The notes beneath the pieces were generated by a model. It was not told where the DNA came from and ran no database searches. It was given only the letters and a program-made list of their open reading frames with translations. Below are positions 51,244 through 64,000 of a stretch of 64,000 bases of DNA, one piece after another. Both the position numbers and the translations under genes were made by a program. The stretch comes from Octopus vulgaris (lineage: Eukaryota): NCBI GenBank assembly GCA_951406725.2, contig OX597823.1, positions 61,132,001-61,196,000 on the forward strand. The letters run 5' to 3'. Every line of letters starts with the position of its first letter. Position 1 is the first letter of the stretch.

Positions 51244-52547
51244 TACAAAACACATAGACAAGCATACACGTACACACACGCACACACACACACAGTGGGC
51301 TTCTTTCAGTTTCCTATTTCTTTATTGCCCACAAGGGGCTAAACATAGAGGGGACAAACAAGGACAGACAAAGGGATTAAGTTGATTACATCAACCCAGT
51401 GCGTAACTGGTACTTAATTTATTGACTCCGAAAGAATGAAAGGCAAAGTCGACCTCAGTGGAATTTGAACCCAGAACGTAGTAGCAGACAAAATACCACT
51501 AAGCATTTCACCTGGCATGCTAACGTTTCTGCCAGCTTGCCACCTTCTTTCAGTTTCCATCTACCAAATCCAATCACAAGGCTTTGGTTTGCCCGAGGCT
51601 ATTATAGAAAATACTTGCCCAAGGTGCCATGCAGTGGAACTGAACATGGAAACATGTGCTTGGGAAACTACTTCTTCTATAACCCAATTAAGTATTCCAG
51701 GTGTTAGTACAAGTACTGGTACAGCAAATAAACTGTCTTGCAGCAAGAAAACTCCAACAGTCATATTTCTTTAAAGCTTAGTAGAAAATTATTTGATCAC
51801 TCTGTTTTTGCTCACAGCATCTTTTCTATCATACATTTTTTGCAGTACTAAGGTATTTGTTGAACTAATTGTATATAACAAAGAGAGAAAAAAAGATTGT
51901 TAAAATAAATCTTAGGGGGTTGAGAAGCAAGTTTATGATGTCTATGTGATCAAATGAATATGAACATTTCCTTTGGTTAAATTCCATCTTTGTATCAGTT
52001 GAAAATGTCATTACTGAATTCAGCTGTCTCCAGCACAGATCTTTAGAATCTCCACAAAGAAACTGTGGATTATAATGATTATGTCTATGTTTCCTGCTGT
52101 TGTATGGATTCTAACAATAATCACTAGGTTGTGAAAAAAAAATTACAATAGATATAGTGCTAAGATAACCGAAGCACAGATGATGTCTTAAGATTTTTTA
52201 CATCTTCGACAAGTGTGAAGATCATTGAGCAGATCTTTCTGTGTCTTTCAATAACAGCAACAAGAGGAGTGAATACTTTTGTTTAGTGTAGCCATTTCAG
52301 CCATCATGAGTGCGGATAAAAATTGAGCATCTTTCTGTAATAAAGTCTTGCTGTCATGGGATGATATCTTCAGTGTTTCCATGTGTATATATTTATTTAG
52401 GGAGAGTTTACGAAAAAAACAAAAGACGAAGACAAGTGGTGTACAAGACAAACAGATGTATTAGTATAACACTCAGGAATAGAAAAAAGTCTTTCACGTT
52501 TCGAGCCTACACTCTTCTACAGAAAGGGACACAGAAAAAAAACACGG

Positions 52548-52947
52548 CTATTCAAGAGAAAAGACCTAATCGTCAGCATGGAGTTCTTCTGCTGCACAAC
52601 ATTGCCTGCCCTCATATCACCAATATGACCAAGGAAGCAATTCAAACGCATGGCTGAGAAGTGCTGCCACACCTGCCATACTCTCCTGATTTGGCACTAA
52701 TGGATTTTCACCTCTTTTGATCTTTTTCAATGCTGATGCAGAATTCAGAGCTTGGTTGGATCAATTTTTCGAGTTGAAATCGGGTGATTTCTACCAACAA
52801 GGTATTGAAAATCTTGTTGAACATTAGGAAGAAGTTGTAAACAACAGGAGTGAATACATTATTGATTAATTAGTTGTTATTTTTTTTATTAAACCTTTTA
52901 AAAAATTTAAACTTAAAAAAACAGGGGGAACTTAGTTGCCAACCTAC
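52548..52947 (+). mobile_element. Mariner 3' fragment
   Basis: KRPNRQHGVLLLHN and LPYSPDLA..DFHLF. TIR-like AACTTAGTTGCCAACCTAC followed by TA. Confidence 0.8.
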
Positions 52948-54693
52948 TATATTGTTTTTGACACAACATTATTTCACAATTATAGGGAGAACATTGATGA
53001 CATTTTTCAGTCATTGCTGATCACTTGTTAGAAGAACAACATAATCAGCATTTATAATTGCGTTTTGGAAGATTAAAGTCTTTACTGTCTCTTTTATTTA
53101 TTAGATATCTTTTTAGCTATCTCCAGTTCTTGGACTTTAAAATCACATCCCTTAAAATGTGGTATGCACGTATTTAGGCATAAATGTATACATGTATATG
53201 CATGAGTTTATATTCTGCCAAGGTCAACTTTGCCTTTCATCCTTTCGGGGTTGATTAATTAAGTACCAGTTACACACTGGGGTCGATGTAATCGACTTAA
53301 TCCCTTTGTCTGTCCTTCTTTGTTCCCTCTATGCTTAGCCCCCTGTGGAAGTATGTCTGTAAGTTACTCTTGGAACAGATCTGTGCCTGAAAGAAGAAAT
53401 CTTTCTGGGTGTAGAAATCCATGATGAGCCATGTCCAAAAGGTTTAATATCCAGACACATACACATACCTTTAGTGTTATGCTAAGAAGTGGTGATGCTA
53501 CTAGAATTTTCAACTCAAGTCAAATACAAGTCTACTCTAGATCATTGTTAGAGTATCCACATAAGTGGAGTCAACCCAACTAGTTTTCTAGTTTGTACTG
53601 ATATTGAGTCATATGAATTATAATAAGGAAGTCAGACTCAATAGTGATATTTTGAAACCATTTATTATGCATGTTTCAGGTTTGTATAATATGTAATGGG
53701 AAATGCATCCATTACATAAACCTTCCTCAGTTAAAGCATTTCAAAATATTATGAATATATATATCTCTATGTATATGTATGTATATGTGCCTATAGTTAT
53801 ACATAAGATATGCATGTATTCATATGCATACAGTTGTATGTATGTGTATTTATATTGTGTGTATATGTATGTTTTTACATGTATTCATATGAGTCTGTAT
53901 TTATACTTATGTGTATATATATACTTCTTTGTTTGTCTGTGTACTAATGTTTGTCTCCATGTGGTCTATATGTATATTAATGAGTATAAGAGTATACAGT
54001 TGTGTGAATGTGGTCGTGTATCTTTTAGTATATTAATACTTATGTGCCTGTGCTTCTATGTAAATATTAGTGTTGTTTTGGTTTCTCTACAATTCATTGA
54101 GACAGAAATTACTCTGAGGTGTGGTTAGAAAATGGGATTAAAATGTGTGTTGTCTTTTGACCTTTTAACCCTATTTAAAAATTACTATTGTTCAATACTA
54201 TATCTAGGTTTAATCTTTATACCTCCAGCTTGAATTCATTTATATTACTTTTTTATACATACTTTTATACACATTTTAAAACTATTTTTTTTATCATAAT
54301 TACTTTATTTCCTCTTCTTATCCCTCCCTGTTTTTTGTTTTGTTTTGTTAGCATTAAGGATAGTCAATTTCCCAAGCTAGATCCAGCGTCTTGATTAATA
54401 TGAAACAATACATCTCTATTTTACTGAGGATCTCAAGATAATTCTATCTAGCCTTGGTCTTGCATACATCCTGTATAAATTTGTATGTGTGTGTATATAT
54501 ATATCATCATCATCATCATCGTTTAACGTCCGTTTTCTGCGCTAGCACGGGTTGGACGGTTCGACCGGGGTCTGGGAAGCCAGGGGCTGCACCAGGCTCC
54601 AGTCTGATCTGGCAGAGTTTCTACAGCTGGATGCCCTTCCTAACGCCAACCACTCCGCGAGTGTAGTGGGTGCTTTTTACGTGCCACCTGCAC

Positions 54694-54758
<65 letters not shown>

Positions 54759-55456
54759 TGGTAAAGAGCTTGCTTCTCAACCACATGGTTCTGGGTTAAG
54801 TCCCACATCATGGCAACTTGGGCAAGTGTCCTCTGCTATAGCCTTGCACAAACCAATGCCTTGTGAGTGGATTTGGTAGATGGAAACTGGAAGAAGCCTA
54901 CCATATATGTGTGTGTGTGTATTTGTGTGTCTGTGATTGTACTCCCACCATCACTTGCCAACAGATGTTGGTGTATTTGCATCCTTGTAACTTAGTTACA
55001 TTTTGATGCATATAGGTTCATTTTTGATAACATACTCATGCATTATTTTTAAAAAAAAGTAAGAAGAAAAAGAAACTGCATGTATAATATATAACTTAGA
55101 AGCAGTGCTGCAGATGTACCAACACACACGAGCTTGAGACATGGCTGCTGTCATGCACTTCTCATGAGTATTCTGGAAGGAGCTTCATGAGACCACTGCA
55201 GAGATTCTTTTGGGGAAAAAAAAAATTTCGCTAACCATTGAGAAACCGATTGTAGCAGTGACTCGAACAATTCTTAGTGATATCTGAAGAAGGAAATTTT
55301 GTATTCCAAAATATTATTATTATATAAGTCTATGGATAATTCAATCATAACAGTTATTATAGTCCATTGTTGTTATTATAGTGCATTGTTGTGCCATTCA
55401 AGACACAATATATTTTACAAACAATACACAATGCTTCAAGTGAACTACAATACTCT

Positions 55457-55525
<69 letters not shown>

Positions 55526-56003
55526 CTATGCAATAAATGTGTCTTTATGTCTGTGTTTGTCCCACTACCATCACTTGAGAACTGGTGTAGGTGTGATTAT
55601 GTCCCTGTAACTTGGCAGTTAAGCAAAAGGAACTTATAGAATAAGTATTAGGCTTTAAAAAGATGAGTCCTGAGTTTGATTTGTTCAACTCAACCCCAGC
55701 ATGGCCACAATCAAATGACTGAAACAAGTAAAAGAAGGAAAGAGTAAAAGAATATGTATATTTGCATGTAATATAGGCATGTTGGTGTGTGTGTGTGTGT
55801 TTGTGTGTGTGTATGCATGCAAAGAGCCTATTTTAAAAAATATTTTAAGCAGCAAGAACCAAATCTGTTCTGATTGTCACTATAACAAACCATTTGCAGC
55901 TTGGCTTAAGCTGATTTCTAGACATTCACGACCTCTCATTCTCCCTCTGTCTGTCCCAGTCTCTCTCTCTCTCCCCTGTTCTCTCTACCTCTATCTCTGT
56001 GTG

Positions 56004-56069
<66 letters not shown>

Positions 56070-56573
56070 AAGGGAGAGCTGGCAGAATCATTAGCACACC
56101 GGGTGAAATGCTTAGCAGTATTTCGTTTGCCGTTACATTCTAAGTTCAAATTCCACCAAGGTCAACTTTGCTTTCATCCTTTTGGGGTCAATTAAATAAG
56201 TACCAGTTATGCACTGGGGTCGATGTAATCGACTTAATCCCTTTGTCTGTTCTTGTTTGTCCCCTCTGTGTTTAGCCCCCTGTGGGCAATAAAGAAATAT
56301 ACATACATATATATCATCATCATCATTTAACGTCCATTTTCCATGGGGTCTGGGAAGCCAGGAGGCTGCACCAGGCTCCAGTCTAATTTGGCAGTGTTTC
56401 TGCAGCTGGGTGCCCTTCCTAATGCCAACAACTCCGTGAGTGTAGTGGGTGCTTTTTTACGTGCCACCAGTACGGAAGCCAGTCATGGCAGCACTGGCAT
56501 CGGCCATGTTCAGAAAGTGCTTTTTACATGCCACTGGCACAGGTATCATGACTACAATTTCCATTTGATTTTC

Positions 56574-56605
<32 letters not shown>

Positions 56606-56834
56606 ATTATTTATTCTTTTACTTGTTTCAGTCATTTGATTCTGGCCATGTTGGAGCACCGTCTTTAGTCGAGTAAACCGACCCCAGGAGTTATTCTTTG
56701 TAAGCCTAGTACTTATTCGATCGTTCTCTTTTGCTGAACTGCTAGGTTACGGGAACGTAAACACACCACCACCGGTTGTCAAGTGATGTTGGGGGACTAA
56801 CACAGACACACAAACACATACACACACATACCTA

Positions 56835-56870
<36 letters not shown>

Positions 56871-57434
56871 TTTTCAGTTTCCCCATTCCATTTCTTTTTA
56901 CATTAGCCACAGTTTCACCTTAACAATGATACTTTGTTGGGGGCATAAAATCGTAAATCCATGCATGTATGATGTTTTCAGTTAGAAATATTTTTGGAAA
57001 AACAGTCGTATGTGGGACATGTTGCACTTTTGAAAAATGATGAAACGTTGTACTACACTTTGATAATTTTCATCTGAAGCAGCTGCAAATACAATAGTTT
57101 GCCCAAAAGAACCAACTATTGCAAGCAAAATTTACTAATGGAAAAAAGTACATTTGGCCCGAATTTGGACATATGATAGTTTAACATAATAGCAGCAATG
57201 TGTGTTGTGTGTGTGTGTGTGTGAAGAGGGAGAGAGAGAGAGAGAAACTAAATAAGCCATTGAACAATTGAAGAATGTTAGCTATCATATCTACAACTGG
57301 CCAGTACTATTCAACCCAACTCAAGTCAGTCTTTTGTGTTATATTCCCTCAATAAATATTCTATTGAGTAATTATCTGTCTTGTCATTCATTTATATCAA
57401 CATCATCATCATCATCAACTCAAAATTTCTTTTA

Positions 57435-57493
<59 letters not shown>

Positions 57494-57595
57494 TTATATA
57501 TATATTTATTTATATGTTTATGTAAGTATATATATATATTTATGTAAGTATAAATATATTATGTGTGTATATATATATATATTTATGTATGTATG

Positions 57596-57634
<39 letters not shown>

Positions 57635-57903
57635 GTAAGTATGTATATGTGTGTATATTTGTATTTATGTAAGTATGTATGTGTGTGTGTATATATATGT
57701 ATATATGCACACCACACACACACATATATCACTTCTACATTTTAATTATTATAAATCATTCCCTGAAGGAAGCCAGTTTCCAGGAAGCCATGTATGTATG
57801 TATGTATGTATGTATGCATGTATGTATGCATGTGTGCATATATATATATATATATATCATCATCATCATCGTTTAACGTCCACTTCCCATGCTGGCATGG
57901 TTT

Positions 57904-57946
<43 letters not shown>

Positions 57947-57949
57947 GAT

Positions 57950-58165
57950 ATAAATGTGACCTCGTGTGTACCGTTGGCGATTTTTTTTCCTCTGTCTTCC
58001 CTTCTCTGGATCTTTCCTTCTCCTATGTTTCCGACGAAGAGCTTCACTCGAAACGTTAAACCCTCCTTCTTTCCTTCTTTCCTGAGCATCCAATAATACT
58101 ATATTTGTTCCACGTCCTCGCGTTGTTGTGTTCTTTTGTGCTTTCTTGTTTGGATTAACTTTATA
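57950..58165 (+). mobile_element. Penelope pLTR-like fragment with minimal hammerhead (58027-58061)
   Basis: GTTT-CCGACGA-AGAG...CTC-GAAACGTT-AAAC. Flanked by (TA)n; sister of 25668-25885. Confidence 0.65.
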
Positions 58166-58509
58166 TATATATATATATACGTGTGTGTGAGTATATGCAG
58201 TGAAGGTGCATGTTTTAGTGGTTGTTGTGTTGGACTCATGCTTGTTAGATCATGATTTCAATTCTGAGACTAAAGGCAGTGCTCCAGCATGTCCACGGTC
58301 AAATGACTGAAATAAGTAAAAGAGTATTTTTTAACTGACAGAAAGTTACAGAAGTGACACAAGGACTGAAAGTTTTATGTATTACACACACACATACATA
58401 CACACATAATAAGAAATGCATCCCTTTCTACAAACCCTTCTTCAGTTAATGCACTTCAAAATATTTTGAAATCTATGAATTAAAGAAGGTCTTGCATAAA
58501 GCGATGCAT

Positions 58510-58564
<55 letters not shown>

Positions 58565-60889
58565 ACAACATCATCATCAACATCATCATCATCATCATCA
58601 TTTAACATCCGTTTTCCATGTTGGCACAGGTTGGATGGTTTGACATGGAGCTGCTCAGACTCCTACTGTCTGTTTTAGGCATGGTTTCTAAGGCTGGATG
58701 CCCTTCCTAATGCCAACCACTTAGGAGAATGTGCTGGGTGCTTTTTACATGACACCATCATGGGTGTGTTTATGCAGCAACCAGCATGCATGCATTAATG
58801 CAGCACTGGCTCAGGTGCTTTTTAAAGTGGCACCAGTGCCTGAAAGGACAAACCTGTATGTGTGGACAACAGTGATTTTACTAAACTTGATGTATCTGAA
58901 ACATAAGTAGTAAATGCTTTCAAAATATTATTTTGCTTCACTTCATTATTACAAATCATATGATTTGATCTGAGCACAAACCAATCCGTTCTGATGCCAT
59001 TTATGCTAATTCTCTTACAAGGATTGGGAATAGGTTGTAGAGTTTGGGTCAAGCTGAAAATTCTATTATGATGTGACTGAATTCCTATCGAGCATTGGGC
59101 CTCACGGAGGCAAAGTGGCTGAATTCCTTTTGAGTGTTGGGCCTCATGGAGGCAACGACCAAGACCTTCAGCATTATGTTGTGCTTGAGAAGAAGACCCA
59201 TCAAGACAAGTAAAATTGCAGTTGTGACAGATACTGGTGTCACGTAATTGGCACCTGTGCTGGTGGCACGTAAAAGCACCCTTTACACTCTCAAAGTGGT
59301 TGGTGTTAGGAAGGGCATCCAGCCATAGAAAACGATGCCAAATCAGAATGGAGTCTGGTGCAGCCTTCCAGTGTGCCAGCCCAGTCAAACTGTCCAACCC
59401 ATGCAAGCATGGACAACTGACATTAAATGATGATGATGATGATGATGATATATATATATATATATATACATACATATATATATATATACACCAGTGTGTG
59501 AGTGTATGTGTATTACACACACATACATATACATATAGACATGTGTATGATTTGTTATTATATATATATATATATCAAATTAAATACACATCTGCAAGAT
59601 CAACTAATGATTTCATGCTATTATGATACTAGAACAGGCATATTTATAAATATGGCATGTATCTTAAGGCAATCTTTCAGGATCTACTTATGCACCCCTC
59701 CACTCCACACACACACACATAGGCATGGCTATGTGGTAAAAAGCTTGCTTCCCAACCACATGGTTCTGGGCTCAGTTCAACTCCATGGCTCACTGGGTGT
59801 CTTCTACTGTAGCTGTAGGCTGACCAAAGCCTTGAGCTGGCAGAATCGTTAGCACACCAGGCGAAATGCTTAGCGGTATTTACGGTCTGAGTTCAAATTC
59901 CGCCGAGGTCGACTTTGCCTTTCATCATTTTGGGGGTCGATTAAATAAGTACTAGTTATGCACTGGGGTCGATATAATCGACTTAATCCGTTTGTCTGTC
60001 CTTGTTTGTCCTCTCTGTTTAGCCCCTTGTAGGTAGTAAAGAAATAGGATTTGGTAGATGTTAACTGTGTGTGTGTGCTCATGTGTATATGTGTGTGTAT
60101 GTGTGTGTTTTTGTGTATGTGTCTGTGTGTGTTTGTGTGTGTGTGTATTTGTGTTTGTGATAAATGTTTAACTGTATGTAGTTATTCAGTAAGACTATTG
60201 AAGATATTCCAGGAGTTGTGGTAGACACTGACATAACACTGTAGTTCATCAAATGATGAAGTCTAAAACTACTCCATTGTATCTACATCACTGAATGTTC
60301 TGACCTGTAAAACCATATTAAAGTTTAATTATGGTCATTCCAATTAATAAGAATAACATGTTGATTTGGTTACAATTTTGTACAGCACCACCATCACCGC
60401 AGCATTTTACCAATTATTACTGCAGTAACAGATCAATAAATTCTACTGTGTCTTTCACTTGGTTTCACAGACACATTCATCTGTCTTGTCAAAGGTTACA
60501 GATAGCATTATTAGTTTTCGTTAATAAGAACTTAAATACTAGTTTTAATTAATAAATAAAAGTACTGAAATCTTATATGAATACATGACACCCAAAATTA
60601 TGGTCTTAATTTATAGAAAATGTATAATAAAATCTAAAATAATTTTCTGGGAGTTTAGAACTTTTGTTCTGCTTTGTAATTCAGAAAACTTTAAAATTCT
60701 TGAAATATGTAAGATATACATGACCTGATTTGAGGAAAGAATTGCAGGCCTATTTATGGAACTCAGACCTTGCATTAATGCTAGCCAGGCAACATCATTA
60801 CTGATTGATTATTGAACAGATTACTTGTTCTTCCACATTCTCAAATTCTCAGTAGAAAACATTACTAGGACAATATTCTGCATTTTATG

Positions 60890-60960
60890 CAATGACATCT
60901 GGAGTCCTGCAAAGATCTGTTCTTGATACCCTGTTGTTTGTTGCATATTTTAGCAAAGTA
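60890..60960 (+). pseudogene. Tiny CR1/Jockey-like RT relic
   Basis: TSGVLQRSVLDTLLFVAY resembles the SGVPQGSVLGPLLF motif. Confidence 0.45.
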
Positions 60961-61193
60961 GATGCAAGCCTGATACATGTTACTGTGTTAAAATATTACT
61001 CTTTTACTTGTTTCAGTCATTTGACTGTAGCCATGCTGGAGCACCGCCTTTAGTCGAGCAACTCGACCCTGGGACTTATTCTTTGTAAGCCCAGTACTTA
61101 TTCTATCTGTCTCTTTTGCCGAACCACTAAATCACGGGGACATAAACACACCAGCATCGGTTGTCGACAAACACTGACACACAAACATACACG

Positions 61194-61229
<36 letters not shown>

Positions 61230-61374
61230 CATATATACGACGGGCTTCTTTCAGTTTCCGTCTACCAAATCCACTCACAAGGCTTTGATCGGCCTGAGGC
61301 TATCGTAGAAGACACTTGCCCAAGGTGCCACACAGTAGACAATATTAAGTTGGTACCTTGAGATAAAAAAAAAA

Positions 61375-62397
61375 CAAATCTTATATTCTGTATATTTTCT
61401 GAGCTTATCAAATTCTTTTGCCGAGATATTATAGTCACAGGGTATGCTTATGTCAATCAATTAACAGACCTTATTGCTTTTGTCTTTCACAACAATATCT
61501 GGTTTATTTTCCTTGATGGTTTGATCTGTACATACTGGGAAGTCCCAAAGAACAGTCACATTTTCACCCTCAGTTACAGCCTCAGTGTGGTGCTTGTATC
61601 ATTTGTCAACAGATTTGGTTTTATAATGCCAATGCATTATCCAATGTAAATATTGGCCAATTCTGTCATGTCTTGATTTGTACTCTACATGTGCTAAAAC
61701 CTTACATCCAGAGGTGGTCGTCTCTTTTTATCCCATTGTTGCAGTATCAGCACTTTGGGTCTACACCATTTTTCATCACATTGGCTTGATAGTTCCGGGT
61801 CAATAAACTCTGATCTTAGGCAACCAAAATAGAACCTTCCCTCTCTGAGCTCCGTAGCCACTGGTGGGTGTGCTTCTGGTCTACATCAGCTTGTTTGCTA
61901 CAGGCCACATATTTGCCATGCAGAGTATTTTTGTTCCCACCTATCAGGCAATTGTTCAAGTGCATTTTGCTTTGCTATTGATTTCACCTTCTTTGCAGCT
62001 ACAGTTGCTGCACTTCCCTCATTCTGTTCAACCTGGGTATTATGCATAAACTCGAAAATATTTTGCTCTCCTTCACAACAGAATGAAGCTTCTTATGTCT
62101 TTCATGGTTTTCAATGAGCTCTAGCATCCAGTCATTAGTGGTTTCAAGATATTTTGCCAATCCAATTGTGATGGTTTTGTACAAGATTTCAAATTGGATC
62201 AAGCCTCAATCTCCATGAGCTCAGGGTAGGAAAAGACAATCTGCATCTGCCTTTGGGTGGTGCATCTTATTGCAAAGTCAGCAGCTTACAGATTTTCCTG
62301 TCAATCTTCCTTATTTCGCTCATATTGCAGTTCAACACCATTGAAACTGTAAATAACAACAGGAACTGCTAAGGAATTTATAGCTAACACCTTGTTA
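61375..62397 (-). mobile_element. R4/Dong-clade non-LTR retrotransposon relic (thumb, CCHC region, RLE endonuclease)
   Basis: NKVLAINSLAVPV, MHHPKAD, DQSLLTRNYQ, YKSRHD, LWDFPV.TD...NKPDIVV...LIDISIP...KLRKY. Confidence 0.85.
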
Positions 62398-62712
<315 letters not shown>

Positions 62713-62879
62713 GCAGTGAGCTGGCAGAATTGTAAGTATGCTGGACAAAATGCTAAACGGTATTTTTTCTGTAGCTACATTCTGAGTTCAAATTCCACCA
62801 AGATTGACCTTTGCCTTTCATCCTTTTGGGATCTCCATCCAACAAATTTCAGACCTTGTGCCTATAGTAGAATGGCTTA

Positions 62880-63562
62880 TCATTTCATTCATTCTTTCTC
62901 CTTTCTCATTCTTTCTTTTTCATTAAGGTTTTCTTTCCCTCTTTCTTTTATCCATTATTACTGTTTTTTATTCATTCGTTATTTCTTGCTCACTTTCTTT
63001 ATTCCCTTCCTTCCTAACTTCCTTCATTCTTTCCTCATTTTTCCTTTATTCTTCCAATTGTTTGTTATTTCATTCTTTTCTTTTTTTCATCCCTTCTGCC
63101 TTACCATCTTTCTTTCTTTTTTCTTTTGTTCTTTCTTTCATTTATTCTTTATTTATTTCATTTGTTCTTTCCTTCTTTCTTCCTTTTGTTCATTCTTTCT
63201 TTCTTTTGTTCTTTCTTTGATTTATTCTTTACTTCTTTCTTTTTTCTTTCTTTCTTTCTTTCTTTCTTTCATTCATTATATCATTATTCTGTACTTTTTC
63301 TTTTATCTTTTGTTCTTTCTTTCTGTCTTTCTTTCATTTATTCTTTACTTCTTTCTTTTTCTTTTTCTTTCTTTCTTTCTTTCTTTCTTTCTGTCTTTCA
63401 TTCATTATTTCATTATTCTGTACTTTTTTCTTTTTTCTTTTGTTCTTTCTTTCTTTCTTTCGTTCTTTCTTTCATTTATTCTTTAATTCTTTCATTCAGT
63501 CTTTCTTTCTTTTTTCTTTCTTTCTTTTCTTCTGTCTTTCATTCTTTCTTTAATTCTTACTC

Positions 63563-63601
<39 letters not shown>

Positions 63602-63610
63602 CTCCTTCCC
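62880..63610. repeat. Imperfect (TTTC)n polypyrimidine tract
   Basis: Direct reading. Confidence 0.95.
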
Positions 63611-64000
63611 AGAATTAGATCACCAGTTAATAAAGTAAAATATATTAAAATAAAACAAAATAAAATGTAAATATATACACTCAAAAACACAAACTACAAA
63701 ACTACAACAGGCGAAAAGAAAATTCTAAAAAAAAAAAAGCAAAAATAAATCAAGCAACAAAACACAATAACAACAACAGCACCAAACACCACCACCACCA
63801 CCACCACCACCACCACCACCACAACAACAACAACAACAACAACAACACAAAACTGTAAATTGTCAAAAATATTTTATTGATTTAATATGTTGGCAATATT
63901 TCAAGCAAATATAGAATACAAGAAAAAGAAATGAAGTGTGCATTTGAATGACATTCAATTCAAATGCTTCTGATACCAATTTTAAAAAGAAGTTACTATA

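Noticed and set aside
58890-59053. Open unique stretch, possible 35-nt exon with gtaaga donor
   Set aside because: Two frames are open and it lies between SINE pieces; insufficient evidence.

Overview
AT-rich, microsatellite-dense animal genomic DNA. The tRNA-derived SINE families look like those of Octopus (coleoid cephalopod); this is recognition from memory, not a database result. The window appears mostly intronic: several small minus-strand exons with GT-AG sites and compatible phases suggest one long host gene that I cannot name. The rest is transposon-derived: two full-length dead mariners, two Tc1-like remnants, piggyBac/Tc2/Mutator-like MITEs, a young 5'-truncated RTE LINE with an open 374-codon frame and a PHD-type finger, an R4/Dong LINE relic, and many SINEs. 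The most striking signal is a set of non-coding repeats embedded in (TA)n tracts that carry type I hammerhead ribozyme motifs and sit as partial tandems and inverted repeats, as Penelope-like (PLE) pseudo-LTRs and retrozymes do. They include a 1.9-kb near-perfect palindrome of a 594-bp unit, a tRNA-headed SINE-like element with a hammerhead, and families with variant cores (G3-C8, U3-A8, A6U). Nearly all long ORFs in the supplied track are microsatellite artefacts. No ribozyme activity or expression can be shown from sequence alone.
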